Made by a program: the position numbers and the translations under genes
Part shown: positions 1 to 10,783 of the stretch, piece after piece
Layout: each line of letters begins with the position of its first letter
Position numbering within the stretch: the first letter of the stretch is position 1
Source: Thelocarpon superellum
Lineage: Eukaryota
Direction of reading: 5' to 3'
Length of the DNA: 39,434 nucleotides
NCBI GenBank assembly: GCA_026025795.1
Contig: JAPEUG010000130.1
Span: 1 to 39,434 of the forward strand
Notes under the pieces: generated by a model
Seen by the model: only the letters and a program-made list of their open reading frames with translations
The model's database searches: none
Told to the model about the DNA's origin: nothing

Positions 1-618
1 GGGTCCACCGTCGACCGCCGCCATCGCCATTGCCACGGGCATCATGGCCGGTCTCGCCGGGTACATGATCGGGCAAGGAGTGTCCCTGGGTCTCTTTGGC
101 CGCTTTGGTCGAGCGAGCCATGAATCCGCCTTGGAGTCTGACGATGAATCAGAGGTGGACGACGAGGACCCGCCCGCCAAGCTGAGCGAGTTCGATACCA
201 ACCGAGCCGAAGAGTACAAACTGGTGCTCGTCGTGCGGACCGACCTGGGCATGACCAAGGGTTGGTGCCTCTGGTCCTTCCCAAGCGGTGTCCTAATCGA
301 TCTACTCCAGGCAAGATGTGTGCGCAATGTTCGCACGCGACACTAGCATGCTACAAGACGCTCCTTCGCACCTCGCCGCCGTCAGATGCACTACGAAGGT
401 GGGAGCACCAGGGTCAGGCCAAGGTGGCGCTGCAGGTCAAGGACGAGGATCAATTCTCCTTGTTACAAGCCCAGGCCATCAGCTTAGGTCTCTGTGCCAA
501 GGTCGTGCGAGATGCCGGTCGGACGCAAATTGCGGCGGGGAGTGCGACGGTGCTGGGAATTGGTCCCGGGCCCAAGAGTGTCATTGATCAAGTGACGGGA
601 GGGCTGAAGCTGTTATGA
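1..618 (+). CDS. PTH2: Peptidyl-tRNA hydrolase 2 (Pth2/BIT1 family), 5'-partial; intron 261-310
   Basis: Frame is open from position 2 (GPPSTAAIAIATGIMAGLAGY, hydrophobic anchor). Splicing GTTGGT..CTAAT..CCAG joins KLVLVVRTDLGMTK-GKMCAQCSHA. The C-terminal DAGRTQIAAGSATVLGIGPGPKSVIDQVTGGLKLL is the Pth2 signature. Confidence 0.95.
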
Positions 619-1190
619 GCGGGGTCGCTCGAGTATAGCATGAGACAGGAGGACCACATCGCATTGACACGGCGCACTGTAGCATATGTAGGCAGCTTAT
701 GGTTTGGCCCCGACTTCACCAGCCAACGGCCGTCAGCAAAGGGATTTGGAATATAAGGCCTCGGTCACACCCGGCCCACCGAGCTCACCCACCGTCCGAA
801 GAAGACGGGGAGCTCAGGCGAGCGATGGGGGACCAGTATCTGAGATCTGTCGACCGGAAGATTGCCACCATGGGATCCAACAGAGGGAATGGCTCCTTGG
901 ACGGTCGAACTGTCAAGACATGCGACCAGACGAACACACGAGGTGAGGGATGGGACGTCTTGACACAGATCTGTGGTTGAGAAGAGAAAGCGGATGTGCG
1001 AGTTGCCGAAGCTTTGCATCTTCTGGGGGCCAGCGGCAGCGCCAAGATTTCGCGACGCTAGTGGCATTGTCTCGTCACGAGAATCCCATAATTTTCGAAT
1101 TACTCCGACCTCGCCTTTGTCGCTCCGCCTAGCCCTTCGTTAGTCCACCTCCCCAGCACCTCGCGGTCCCCGTGCTGCTCCACCACCATC

Positions 1191-3254
1191 ATGGCGGACT
1201 CCATCTCTATCGAGGAGACCAATAAGATCCGGGTCGCCATCGGCCTCAAGCCGCTGCCGGTCCCGGGTGCGGGTCCAACGTTCAAAGAGCCCAGCGATGA
1301 TCCAGCCGCTTCGGATGGCGAAGAGCCTGGCAGCACCCTCGAGTCTCGACAAGCGGCGAGCTACGACAACTGGAAGAAGCTCCAGGAGGCAGAGGACGCC
1401 AAAGCCAAACGAGAAGCCAGAAACGCGGCCATCAAGAAGGCCCGCGACGCCGGTCGACGCTTCGCCCAACTGGAAGGGAAAGGATTGGGGGATGTCGACG
1501 AGGATGTCGACATGGACACGCGAACCTGGCTCCGACGACAGAAGAAGCGACAAAAGCAGCTCGAGGCCGCGCGCAAGCTCGAACAGGAGTTGGCGGAGCG
1601 GGAGCAGCAGGCCGAACACACCGCCGCCGATCTGGCCGGCGTCAAAGTGGCCCATGAGCTGGACGATTTGGCCGAGGGAGACGAGCAAGTCCTGACGCTG
1701 AAAGACACGACGATCGACCAGAACGAAGAGGAGGGAGACGAGCTAGAAAACGTGGAGCTGAAGGAGCGCGACGCGTTGGCGGAGAAATTGCAGCTCAAGA
1801 AGAAGAAGCCCGTCTACAACCCCAACGACCTCGACGATGCGGGCAAGCAGTCGATTCTGGGCCAGTACGACGAAGAGATTGACGGCAAGAAGAAGAAGAC
1901 GTTTACTTTGGGAGGCGGACGGGGCACCGGCCGGCCGGAGGTGGAGACAAGGGGTGCGTCGACGGGATCGGGCATCGCCAAGCCGAAGCTATTCAGTCTC
2001 AACATGGAGCTGGACAAGGCTCCAGTCTCGGACTATCTCGAACTGTCCGCGACCAGGATCCGCAAGCCCAAGAAGAAGAAGAGCAAATCAACACGGCAGA
2101 AGGCGGTGGACGAAGACGAGATCGTCCCTCCGGCCCGGACAACGAACGGCGCTAGAGCGGATAGTATGGCGATGGAAGTAGACTTAGCCATCTCCCAAGA
2201 CGCCTCCAGCGGACCGAAGAAGCGTGTCTTAGAGGAGACTTCATTCATCGATGATGACGACCTCCAAGCATCCCTGGCGCTCCAACGACGCCAGGCGCTG
2301 AAGAAGCGGCGGAAGATCAAGCCCGAGGATATCGCGCGCCAGCTGCGAGAAGAGGCCTCCGCCACGCCAATGGCGATAGACACCAACGGCGGCACCGAGC
2401 AGCAGGAAGAAGAGGTGGGCCTGGTGATTGACGAGACGTCGGAATTTGTGGCCAATCTCCAAAAGCCCACGACGGCCGACAACCGACGGCGACGATCGAC
2501 CTCGAAACCCGCCAACGACGTGACCGCGATGGCGGACTCACCCACCCGATCCGACGGCCAGGATGGCCACGACGTCGACATGGACCGATCCTACAACGAC
2601 ATCGAAGACGGAGAAGACCTCAGGGCGCGTCTCAAGCGCGAAACCTCCACCCCAGCGCAACCGGACATCACGTCAACGGGGCTCGACGACGAGACGACAC
2701 TCAACCAAGGCGTCGGCGCGACCCTCACGATGCTCACCCAGCGCGGCCTGGTCAAACCGAGCGCCAATGGCGACCTCAACGCGCAGGACCGGGACCGCCA
2801 ACGCTTCCTGACGGAGAAACAACGGCGCGAAGCGGAAGCCGAACGGCGGGCCCGCATCCAACGCGAACGGGACCGGGCGTCTGGCAAACTCGACCGAATG
2901 TCCGCACGCGAGAAAGAAGCCTACGCGCAGCACGAGAACAAGCAGCGCGACCAGGCGGAGTCGCGCCAGCTCGCCGAAGTGTTCGCGCGCGAGTACAAGC
3001 CCAACGTCGAGATCAAATACACGGACGAGTTCGGGCGGGCCATGAATCAGAAAGAGGCCTTTAAGCACCTCAGTCACCAGTTTCACGGCAAGGGCAGCGG
3101 CAAGCAGAAGACGGAGAAACGCATCAAGAAGATCGAGGACGAGAAGAAAAGTCTCGCCAAGTCTACCCTCGACGCTAGTCAGGTCACCGGCATGAATTCC
3201 GCGGCGGGCGTCACGGCGAGGAAGCAGCGCACTGCTGGTGTTCGGTTGGGATAG
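1191..3254 (+). CDS. SNU66: U4/U6.U5 tri-snRNP protein Snu66/SART-1
   Basis: 687 aa ORF with an N-terminal HIND motif (SIEETNKIRVAIGLKPL), LTLKD motif and conserved C-terminus YTDEFGR..KEAFKHLSHQFHGKGSGKQK. Confidence 0.95.
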   Translation: MADSISIEETNKIRVAIGLKPLPVPGAGPTFKEPSDDPAASDGEEPGSTLESRQAASYDNWKKLQEAEDAKAKREARNAAIKKARDAGRRFAQLEGKGLGDVDEDVDMDTRTWLRRQKKRQKQLEAARKLEQELAEREQQAEHTAADLAGVKVAHELDDLAEGDEQVLTLKDTTIDQNEEEGDELENVELKERDALAEKLQLKKKKPVYNPNDLDDAGKQSILGQYDEEIDGKKKKTFTLGGGRGTGRPEVETRGASTGSGIAKPKLFSLNMELDKAPVSDYLELSATRIRKPKKKKSKSTRQKAVDEDEIVPPARTTNGARADSMAMEVDLAISQDASSGPKKRVLEETSFIDDDDLQASLALQRRQALKKRRKIKPEDIARQLREEASATPMAIDTNGGTEQQEEEVGLVIDETSEFVANLQKPTTADNRRRRSTSKPANDVTAMADSPTRSDGQDGHDVDMDRSYNDIEDGEDLRARLKRETSTPAQPDITSTGLDDETTLNQGVGATLTMLTQRGLVKPSANGDLNAQDRDRQRFLTEKQRREAEAERRARIQRERDRASGKLDRMSAREKEAYAQHENKQRDQAESRQLAEVFAREYKPNVEIKYTDEFGRAMNQKEAFKHLSHQFHGKGSGKQKTEKRIKKIEDEKKSLAKSTLDASQVTGMNSAAGVTARKQRTAGVRLG

Positions 3255-3436
3255 GGGGGGAACCTAGGGACGAGGGACGAGGGATGCGGGATGGCGTCGC
3301 TTGCAATTGCCTGGCTGTATTGATATAGCTCCGTCGTCCAGACCAATGCTGGCAGATCGCATCAAGGATATCTCTCCATCTATCCATCTATGACAAACAC
3401 ACCGGCGCACAGACAGACAAGTACGACATGGTGCCA

Positions 3437-3466
3437 ACCTGACCTGACCTGACCTGACCGAACCTG
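3437..3466. repeat. Pentamer microsatellite (ACCTG)4-ACCGA-ACCTG next to the ARMH3-like stop codon
   Basis: Read directly from the sequence. Confidence 0.9.
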
Positions 3467-3467
3467 G

Positions 3468-5885
3468 TTACGTGTCCGCTCTCAACAACGCACGCACATC
3501 CAGCACCGCAAGCCGCGCAAGTTTCTTCAAAAACGCCTTCTCGTCCGCCTCGCGGTAGCGGTCCCAGGCGTCGAGGCCGTCTTTGGCGCCGATGCTGAGC
3601 GTCTCGTACCCGCTCTTGATCACCTCGCTGACTTGTGCCGGACTGAGGTTTTTGGAGCGGCTCTTGGACCGCGAGCTTTGCAGGAGCGTGTAGTAGTGCG
3701 TCGATACGGAGATGAGCGTGTTGATGGAGTTGTTGGCGTGGCTTGTGAGGTCATCTACGTTCGAATCATCGCTTAGCACGGAACGAACATGGGCAAGCCA
3801 GGAAGGAGGTGGTCAACTGGGTATGGCATGGGGGCAAGAGGAGACAAACAGGCGTCGCGAAACTTGGCGAGGATGTCGCCCGTCTCCACCAACTTGTAGA
3901 ACAGGTCGTCGTACGCGGCGGCGCCGGGGAGAAAGGCTTCGCCTACAGAGAGGGAGAGGGCGATGAGGTTCGTGAGATTGTCGAGGAGGATGGGCATGTG
4001 GGCTAGGGATTTGAGGTCCGAGGCGTACGTCGTCAGGAAGCGGATGAGAGAAAGGAGGGTGCGCCAGAGCTCGGACCAGTGGTATGCTGTTACGAGATCA
4101 GAAAGGGTGGGCGGCCAGCTCTGCGGCTACGTTTCCACGTACCCAAACGCGTGCGAGATCGACTGAGGAAGGAAATCAAGCGCATGATGACGCCGATGCA
4201 GAGACTGCATCGAATGTCAGCTTCCACTTCTTCGATGGTGGCATGAGAAGACAGACCGGTAAAGGCCGACGTCCAACCTCCGCCGCAGGTTATGATTGAT
4301 CGCGTCGCTCATCATGTCCAGGATGGCCGATGCCACTGGCCGCGCACTTTTGACCAAGGGAAGGAAGGGCTGCCGTTGTCGACATAATCGCACCGACGTC
4401 TTGCTCTCGTCGCCACTCATTCGCTTGCAGAGGACTTGGTCTTCCACTATCAGTCGGATGACCAGCACATTGAGATAGGCGTAGTGCGTGGTGCGCGAGG
4501 AGCGGTGTGCATGGTTCAAGAGGTAGGAGGTTAGGGAGAGAAAGGCGCTGAGAGGGGACTCGTCCGGTTGATGCTCGGTCGTCAACGTCACCAAATTGAA
4601 ACAGAAGAGCTTGTTCGCGTGGGTAAAATCGTACGTCGCTAACAAGATGGGAGACGTCGGACTAGGTCTACACTCAGGCCCGTCAGCAAAGAGAGATTGA
4701 TGGAAACAGGTGCACTTACAGGGCGGTGAAGAGGGCCTTGGCAGCTTCAGGACTCGGCGCCTGAGGGGTGGGTGTGGTCCCGGAAGCCAAGGCACTTAAG
4801 CCAAAGTAACTCATGGCGTTGCTCAAGGTCCAGCCTTCGGGAAGGTCGTCCTGAATCGCGACATAATCGTTGCGTGCGCTCTGACACGTTTGACCAATGC
4901 ATCGAACCACCGTCTGGATAGTCGACTCGTTCACAAAATCGTCCAAACGCATCCGGTAGGGATTCTGGAATTCGAACTTGTTGTAATTGGCCAAAAGGCC
5001 AAGGAGGACAAAAGGTTTGAGAGCGCGGGACGTGTCATCGGCCTCTTGAATGTACTATTAGATCTTAGCCGTGGCTCCACTTGCCCAAGGGGCCAAGGGA
5101 GACAGAAAGACCTTCATCAGGGCCGGAAACAGATCGCGGTGGGTGAAATAGGAGATGAGACTGGTCTGGTATGCGCCCGACGTGATGGAGAGAACCACGT
5201 CGATGGCCTTCAGTCGGACCTCCACTGCATCAAGATGAGTACGTCTCCGGCTGCTTCCGCGGGGACAAGCCGTACCTGCACGGCCATTCTTGATGGTCGT
5301 GTCCAGTGCGTAGACAAAGTCGGTAAAGATGGCATCGACCTGATCCAGGCCTGCCAAGACGGCAATCACATCGGAACTAGGGTTGGTGTATTTCTTCGTC
5401 AATACGCCTCCTAAGAAAGCCGTGAGGGTCTGGGTCGTAAGCGTGTGGGAGTGCTGGGCCGACATGGGGCAGCTTACGTCAAGGGCAATTTCATCGGACG
5501 GGGCATGGGCCGTCTTGACGCATGCCACGGCGCGGGTGAACAGGGCACGCGTTTGCAACTTGAATGGATTCAGTTCACCGAAGCCTCTATCACGCGCACC
5601 GTTCCAGCGGAGAGCAGCGCACCTGCAGGTTCAACAGATCACTTGCCCGGAGCTCGCCCAAGATGCGCCCAAGACTCGCTTTGTCAGGCCGCAGCAAGAA
5701 GAATTCTCGCCAGAAGCCCTCGGACTTCTCCGCCTCATCCTCTTCCTAGAATGTTCAGTCTCCGTCGCACGCGACCATCATACCATCACTTCCGCCCGCA
5801 CCTTGAACAGATCTTGATAGAGCTCAACGATTTTGGGCTGAAAAGTCTCTGGTCGAGCTTGCTGTGTGAGTGGCGACGGCTCCAT
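3468..5885 (-). CDS. ARMH3/C10orf76 (DUF1741)-like armadillo helical protein; about 10 exons
   Basis: ATG at 5885 (MEPSPLTQQARPETFQPKIVELYQDLFK). Nine GT-AG introns (e.g. 5801-5746, 5622-5559, 5477-5430, 5275-5225) join FWREFFLL, LLANYNKFEFQNPY, YHWSELWRTL, FLPGAAAYDDLFYKL and IKSGYETL, all typical of the family. Confidence 0.85.
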
Positions 5886-6322
5886 GCTTCATGGCCGTGG
5901 GTCAGGCGTGGCGGGGGGAAGACGAGGGTCGGTAAAGATCAAAGACGACCGAAAGACCATGGCTCGATTTCAGCATGGACATGGAGCTTCGCACAAAACA
6001 TGGCGCTGGGAGTCGGTACTCGAACGTTGGGCTAGGCGATGCTAATTGATCCCTCATTGCTAGCCGAGAGCCCTGGTTCCGACAACGTGACAGCCCAGTG
6101 ACGATCTGGCTGGGCGGCTTACAAGCGCAGCTGCTCCTTCAGCAGCTCACTAATAATGCCGGAGATGTCACTGGTCCGGGATTTGCCGCCCCGTTTGTCC
6201 ATGGGCCATATCCGTCATCGCCCGAGCAAGCCGACTGTAGAGACCGGTGGCGTTCAACCTCCCACCATTCACCATCCGCCTCCTCCCATCATCTGTGACA
6301 TGTTGCGGTCGTCACGGCTCTC

Positions 6323-6863
6323 ATGATGAGTCTGCGCATGTGGCCGGCTACCTCAAGGGCAGCCTGTCGGCGACTGATGTCCACTGCATCACTCGACGCC
6401 ACCAAGGCAACTTCCTCCATTCCTCGTTCCCCTCCGCCGCCGCCTCCGCTCTCCAGCCCAAAGCCTCGAAGCAAATTACGGCCTCGGAAAGCCGCCATGA
6501 CCTTGACTCCCTCGGCCTTGATTCAACTCCGCTCGCTCCTCTCTCAGCCCGAGCCGAAACTCATCCGCGTTGGGGTTAAGAATCGTGGCTGCAGTGGACT
6601 GGCCTACAACCTCGAATACGTGGAGAAGCCCGGCTCCTTTGACGAAACGGTCGAACAGGAAGGCGTCAAGGTACTGATTGATAGCAAAGCTCTGTTCAGC
6701 ATCATCGGGAGTGAGATGGACTGGGTCGAGGACAAGCTGAACCGACGCTTCGTCTTTCGCAACCCCAATATCAGTGAGCGAGCCTCCTTCGCTCCCGGCG
6801 GTACACCTTATCTGACACACAGCAGAGGAACAGTGCGGCTGCGGTGAATCATTCATGGTTTAA
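6323..6863 (+). CDS. ISA1: Mitochondrial A-type Fe-S cluster assembly protein (IscA family); intron 6774-6825 (or 6822)
   Basis: RVGVKNRGCSGLAY, LIDSKALFSIIGSEMDW and spliced NPNIKEQCGCGESFMV*; Arg/Ser-rich presequence-like N-terminus. Confidence 0.93.
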
Positions 6864-6961
6864 GCGTTGCGGTAGAGCGAGTGGCATTCAGCGGAGCATC
6901 GACCTGGCGTGCGGCATAGGTGCGCATTGGGAACCATATAGATCCGGCGGCGTATCCTCGT

Positions 6962-7422
6962 TCATATAATTCCCGATTCACAAGCGATGATACGCACCGT
7001 CTGCACGATGGATCGTGATCTGTCCATCACGGCTCGGTAGGCTGGATCATTCTCGACGAAATACGTTCGGTCCGCCTCGCTCTCAAAGGCTGCCACGAAT
7101 GCGTGGGAGATTCCTCCCTTGGCACACCCATTCTGGTCAGGACAGAACCGATGCAGCTGCGACGGAGAGGAGTGATACCACTTGCAACCCGAGGGGGCCA
7201 TGATCCCGTCCACCAATATATGACTTGATGTATCGTTTTCCGGTGACAGGGTGCACGCAAGTCTCTGGCAGCGCGAGAAGCGCCTTAGAAACCTGTAGAT
7301 GAAGAGGACTGAGCCGCACCGACACGAGACCACACGTGGTCGCTCGGCAAGCTTACCCTGTTGATCTCTGCCAGCTCCACCGCCGGCTTGAATCCGATCA
7401 AGAGAATGTGGGCAGCGACCAT
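6962..7422 (-). CDS. Stress-responsive A/B barrel (Dabb) domain protein; 2 introns
   Basis: Exons give MVAAHILLIGFKPAV.. / VSKALLALPETCVHPVTGKRYIKSYIGGRDHGPLGLQ / GGISHAFVAAFESEADRTYFVENDPAY, matching the fungal Dabb pattern. Donors are GTAAGC (7356) and GTGGTA (7181). Confidence 0.85.
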
Positions 7423-7809
7423 TGCGGCTCTTGCTGGGCGGTCTCTAAGTGATGCCTGGAGGGGCCACGTCCCATTTAATTCATGATTTTGGAAAAATCA
7501 CATAAGAACCAACGTCCAGGTGTAATCTAATTGGGATCGAAAGTGGGGTGATGGCACAGGCGGGATGCTGTCGTGAGCGAGAATGACAAGGATGACGAGG
7601 ATGACGGCGACCCTTTCATTGACCGTCTAACGAGACGCAGGAGCATGAGATCACCAACGTCCTGTATCTTTCCATCTCACACCCTATCATCGTCCGACCA
7701 GCACCTGAGCTGAATAATAGAGATGGCCCGGGTTAGCCCGAGCATCTGCCACGATCCGAACTGAAGGAAATCGATAGGGACCGAGCACACGCATGCACGC
7801 AGGGAAACC

Positions 7810-8724
7810 ATGGGCGACTTACGCCCCGCCGACCAGCACGCTCTGAGCGTGACGATCCGCTTCACCAACTCCCTGCCAGACCTGTCCCTCCTCATCGCCG
7901 AGCCCAGCATCACCTCGATCATCGCGTTGAAGCGCCTGATCCGCACTCGCCTGCCCCCAGACGAAGCGTCCCGGCACCTGCGACTCATTCACGGAGGCAA
8001 GGCGCTACTCGACCCCTCGCCTCTGAGCGCCCTGCTGCGACATGCCCCGCCCTTGGTTCCCGGTCCTTCGGGACGAGTACCAGATGGTGCGGCCCGTCCG
8101 GACACGGCCAAGGGGAAGGGCAAGGCGCGTATGGAGGACGCTGCGCCCACGGCTCCGGCCCCCGTTCCTCTCTACGTCCATTGTTCCATAGGGGATCCCC
8201 TCTCCGCGGCCACGTTGGCGGCCGAAGCGTCCTTGGCCGAACATACCGACACCATCCCCATTCCCATCCCAGGCCCCTACTCAACCTCGCCGTCAACAGA
8301 TGACTATGGAAGTAACACGACGCCTGCCCCGGCTGGCTTCGACCGCCTTCTAGCCATGGGATTCAGTGCGGCCGAGGTGGCGTCGCTTCGAGCGCAGTTC
8401 CTCGCCGTGCAAGCACGCGCCTATACACCGGATACGATGCCGACGGTGGCGGAGATGCGGCTACTCGAGGACCGATGGATCGACGAGTCTGTAACAGGCG
8501 TAGGAGATGTGGGCTTCGGCGGTGCGACTGGCCCGGGTGCCGGCAGCAGCACGTACGAGGACATGCTGGTAGGTAACATTCTGGGATTTTTCTGGCCGCT
8601 AGGCGCGCTGGTTTGGTTGCTTCGTGAGGAGGGCGTCTGGAATGGCCGGCGCCAAATGTCTGTCTTTAGTGGCTTCATGGTCAATCTGGCCTTCAGCGTG
8701 CTTCGCGCCGTCATCAGCGGTTGA
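7810..8724 (+). CDS. DSC3: DSC E3 ubiquitin ligase complex subunit 3 (DUF2407 ubiquitin-like domain plus C-terminal TM region)
   Basis: TIRFTNSLPDL..LRLIHGGK ubiquitin-like domain, YVHCSIGD, GFDRLL..GFSAAEVASLRAQF, LEDRWID and two C-terminal hydrophobic helices (GFFWP). Confidence 0.9.
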   Translation: MGDLRPADQHALSVTIRFTNSLPDLSLLIAEPSITSIIALKRLIRTRLPPDEASRHLRLIHGGKALLDPSPLSALLRHAPPLVPGPSGRVPDGAARPDTAKGKGKARMEDAAPTAPAPVPLYVHCSIGDPLSAATLAAEASLAEHTDTIPIPIPGPYSTSPSTDDYGSNTTPAPAGFDRLLAMGFSAAEVASLRAQFLAVQARAYTPDTMPTVAEMRLLEDRWIDESVTGVGDVGFGGATGPGAGSSTYEDMLVGNILGFFWPLGALVWLLREEGVWNGRRQMSVFSGFMVNLAFSVLRAVISG

Positions 8725-8977
8725 TGATGCGCACGCGTCTCTCACGTCGTGATTTTGTAAAGCGTGGGCATCACCTGGCGTGGCTTCATTCCGATAGCTA
8801 TGGGGACTACAGGGTTGACGGGAGAAAGAAAGGGTAGATACAGTGATTGTAAAAGGCGGAAGCGACCAGACACTGGAGAGAGAGGATCGATCGATGTCGT
8901 TCGCCGGACTCCGGATCGCTCCACGATCCTGCAGAGCGGAGGGGCGCAGAAAGGCCAAAGACAGTGGCAGGGAATGG

Positions 8978-9796
8978 TTACAGGAACTTGCTGACGATGA
9001 CGGTGATGATCAGAATGGCAAGCACGGTAATAATGGCAATCGTCACCATCCGGTTCGTCATCATCCTAGCCACCATCTATCGTGAGCAGATGAATAAAAG
9101 GCATGTGGGAGGTGGGAGGGGGGCGCCGAGGAATCATACCTGCGCGCCATGGTGCGCAGCGTCTTGACGCTGCGGTCCACGTAACCCTCGGACTCCAACA
9201 ACGTGCCGCGCGTGTGCTCGATGACTGTCCGCTGCGCCGCCAGATCCGCCAGCGTGCCGGCGCCAATCTGCTCCGTTTCGTTGGCGATGCGTTGGCTTTC
9301 GCGCAGCCGGTCCGAGCTGCGGCCTAGTCGATCCGTACCGGACAGGAGCTGCTGTCGCTGCTCCAGCTGTACGTCGGATGCCGGGTTATCCGTGTATCGG
9401 TCTCCAAACAGTGCGGCCCGGTCGTCCGAGAAGGACTTGAGCTTTCGCTTGCAAGCATCGACATCCGACTCGAAGTTCCGGAAGCGCTGATTCACCTTTG
9501 CTCGGGCTGACGACGGGATATTCTGCTTCTCGAGGCGCATCTGGCCCAACTGCGCATTATCCCAGACGTCAGCGGATGGCTCGCGCTCATAGACAGATCC
9601 AGAGAGGCCCACGCACCAGCTCGTTGGCTTCTTCCAGCGCATGCTCGGCTTGTCGGATGCTTGCTTTCCGCGGTTCGCCCGCCTGTTCCGGAATCTGATC
9701 GAGTTTCTGGTTCAGGTCGGCCTGGACCAGTCGTAGATCGGCTTCATAGCCGGCAAAGAGCTCGGAGCCTGCATCGGTATCAAGAGGGTTCGCCAT
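8978..9796 (-). CDS. VTI1: Vesicle transport Qb-SNARE Vti1; 2 introns
   Basis: MANPLDTDAGSELFAGYEADL Habc domain, SNARE motif RIANETEQIGAGTLADLAAQR, and a last exon encoding the TM anchor MVTIAIITVLAILIITVIVSKFL*. Confidence 0.93.
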
Positions 9797-10783
9797 CATG
9801 CGGCATGTACAGATGTCTTCTAGATGTAAGATGAGGCGCGACTGAGAGGAGGCGTGTCGTCGGAATGCTTGCACCAATACCACGACGGTGTCATTAGATC
9901 TCATCCGCGGCGTCGTGGCTCGCTGGCGCCCGTGCACAGCCTATTGCTGACTGGGTATTAATTGCATGGCGTAATTAGTTCGGCGAACGATAAGGACAAG
10001 TATGTCAAGACTTGTCAACTCAATGGCCAGCAAGCGAGACCATAGTCCCCGTCCCCTCGTCCGTTACATGCTGTGGCCAATCTACCACAAAACTGCATCG
10101 CAGATCAGATTCTGAGCTGGTAATCTACAGCATCAACATCCTCATTCCTCCTCCGTTCAACCAGGTGACTCCCGAGCATATGTCGCCAAGTTGATGAGGC
10201 GATACCTCGTGCGAAGACCAGGCGAGGTTAAGGGACAATGGGGTGCTTGAAACAATCTACACGGCATTTCCCCCCCCCAATCCGCGAGCTATATGATGGG
10301 GCATAATTGCCGTGGAGGATTCAAGGTGTCGTTGGTCACGCGCAAGTGATCACCAGGCTATTGGTGATGGCCGGAACCGTCGTCGAGACGCCTAACCGAA
10401 ATGCTTCAGACCCTACCTGTACGTTCCGTTCAACAGCTCGACCACCTTATCATATCCGCTCTATCGTTCGTTTACTTCGACCTTGTATCAATCTGGACAC
10501 TCTGTGTCTGATGCTTTCATCATTGCGTGGGATATGACATAGCCCTCCAGCGCTTGGATCATTCTGACATGTGTGCAAATGCGCTATTTACGTTCCCCGC
10601 AAAAGCTCACGTACGCTGTTGATCCTCCATACATGGGATTGTAGAGCACGGTCTTCTTCCGACGAGGGTGCATCCGCAAAGTGGATGATCTCGGACGGCT
10701 TCAATGGTCGCCACTTCCCCAAAGCGCCCTCTTCCTTTCCGTCAGAACGACCATCGTACTGGGCCCATGATCCTGCACACGCC

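Noticed and set aside
620..1190. Short ORFs between PTH2 and SNU66
   Set aside because: No recognisable motif or convincing exon chain; probably UTR and promoter sequence.
10571..10783. 71-aa N-terminal extension of the secreted protein given in the ORF track
   Set aside because: It starts at GTG. The ATG at 10784 has a good context and directly begins a signal peptide.
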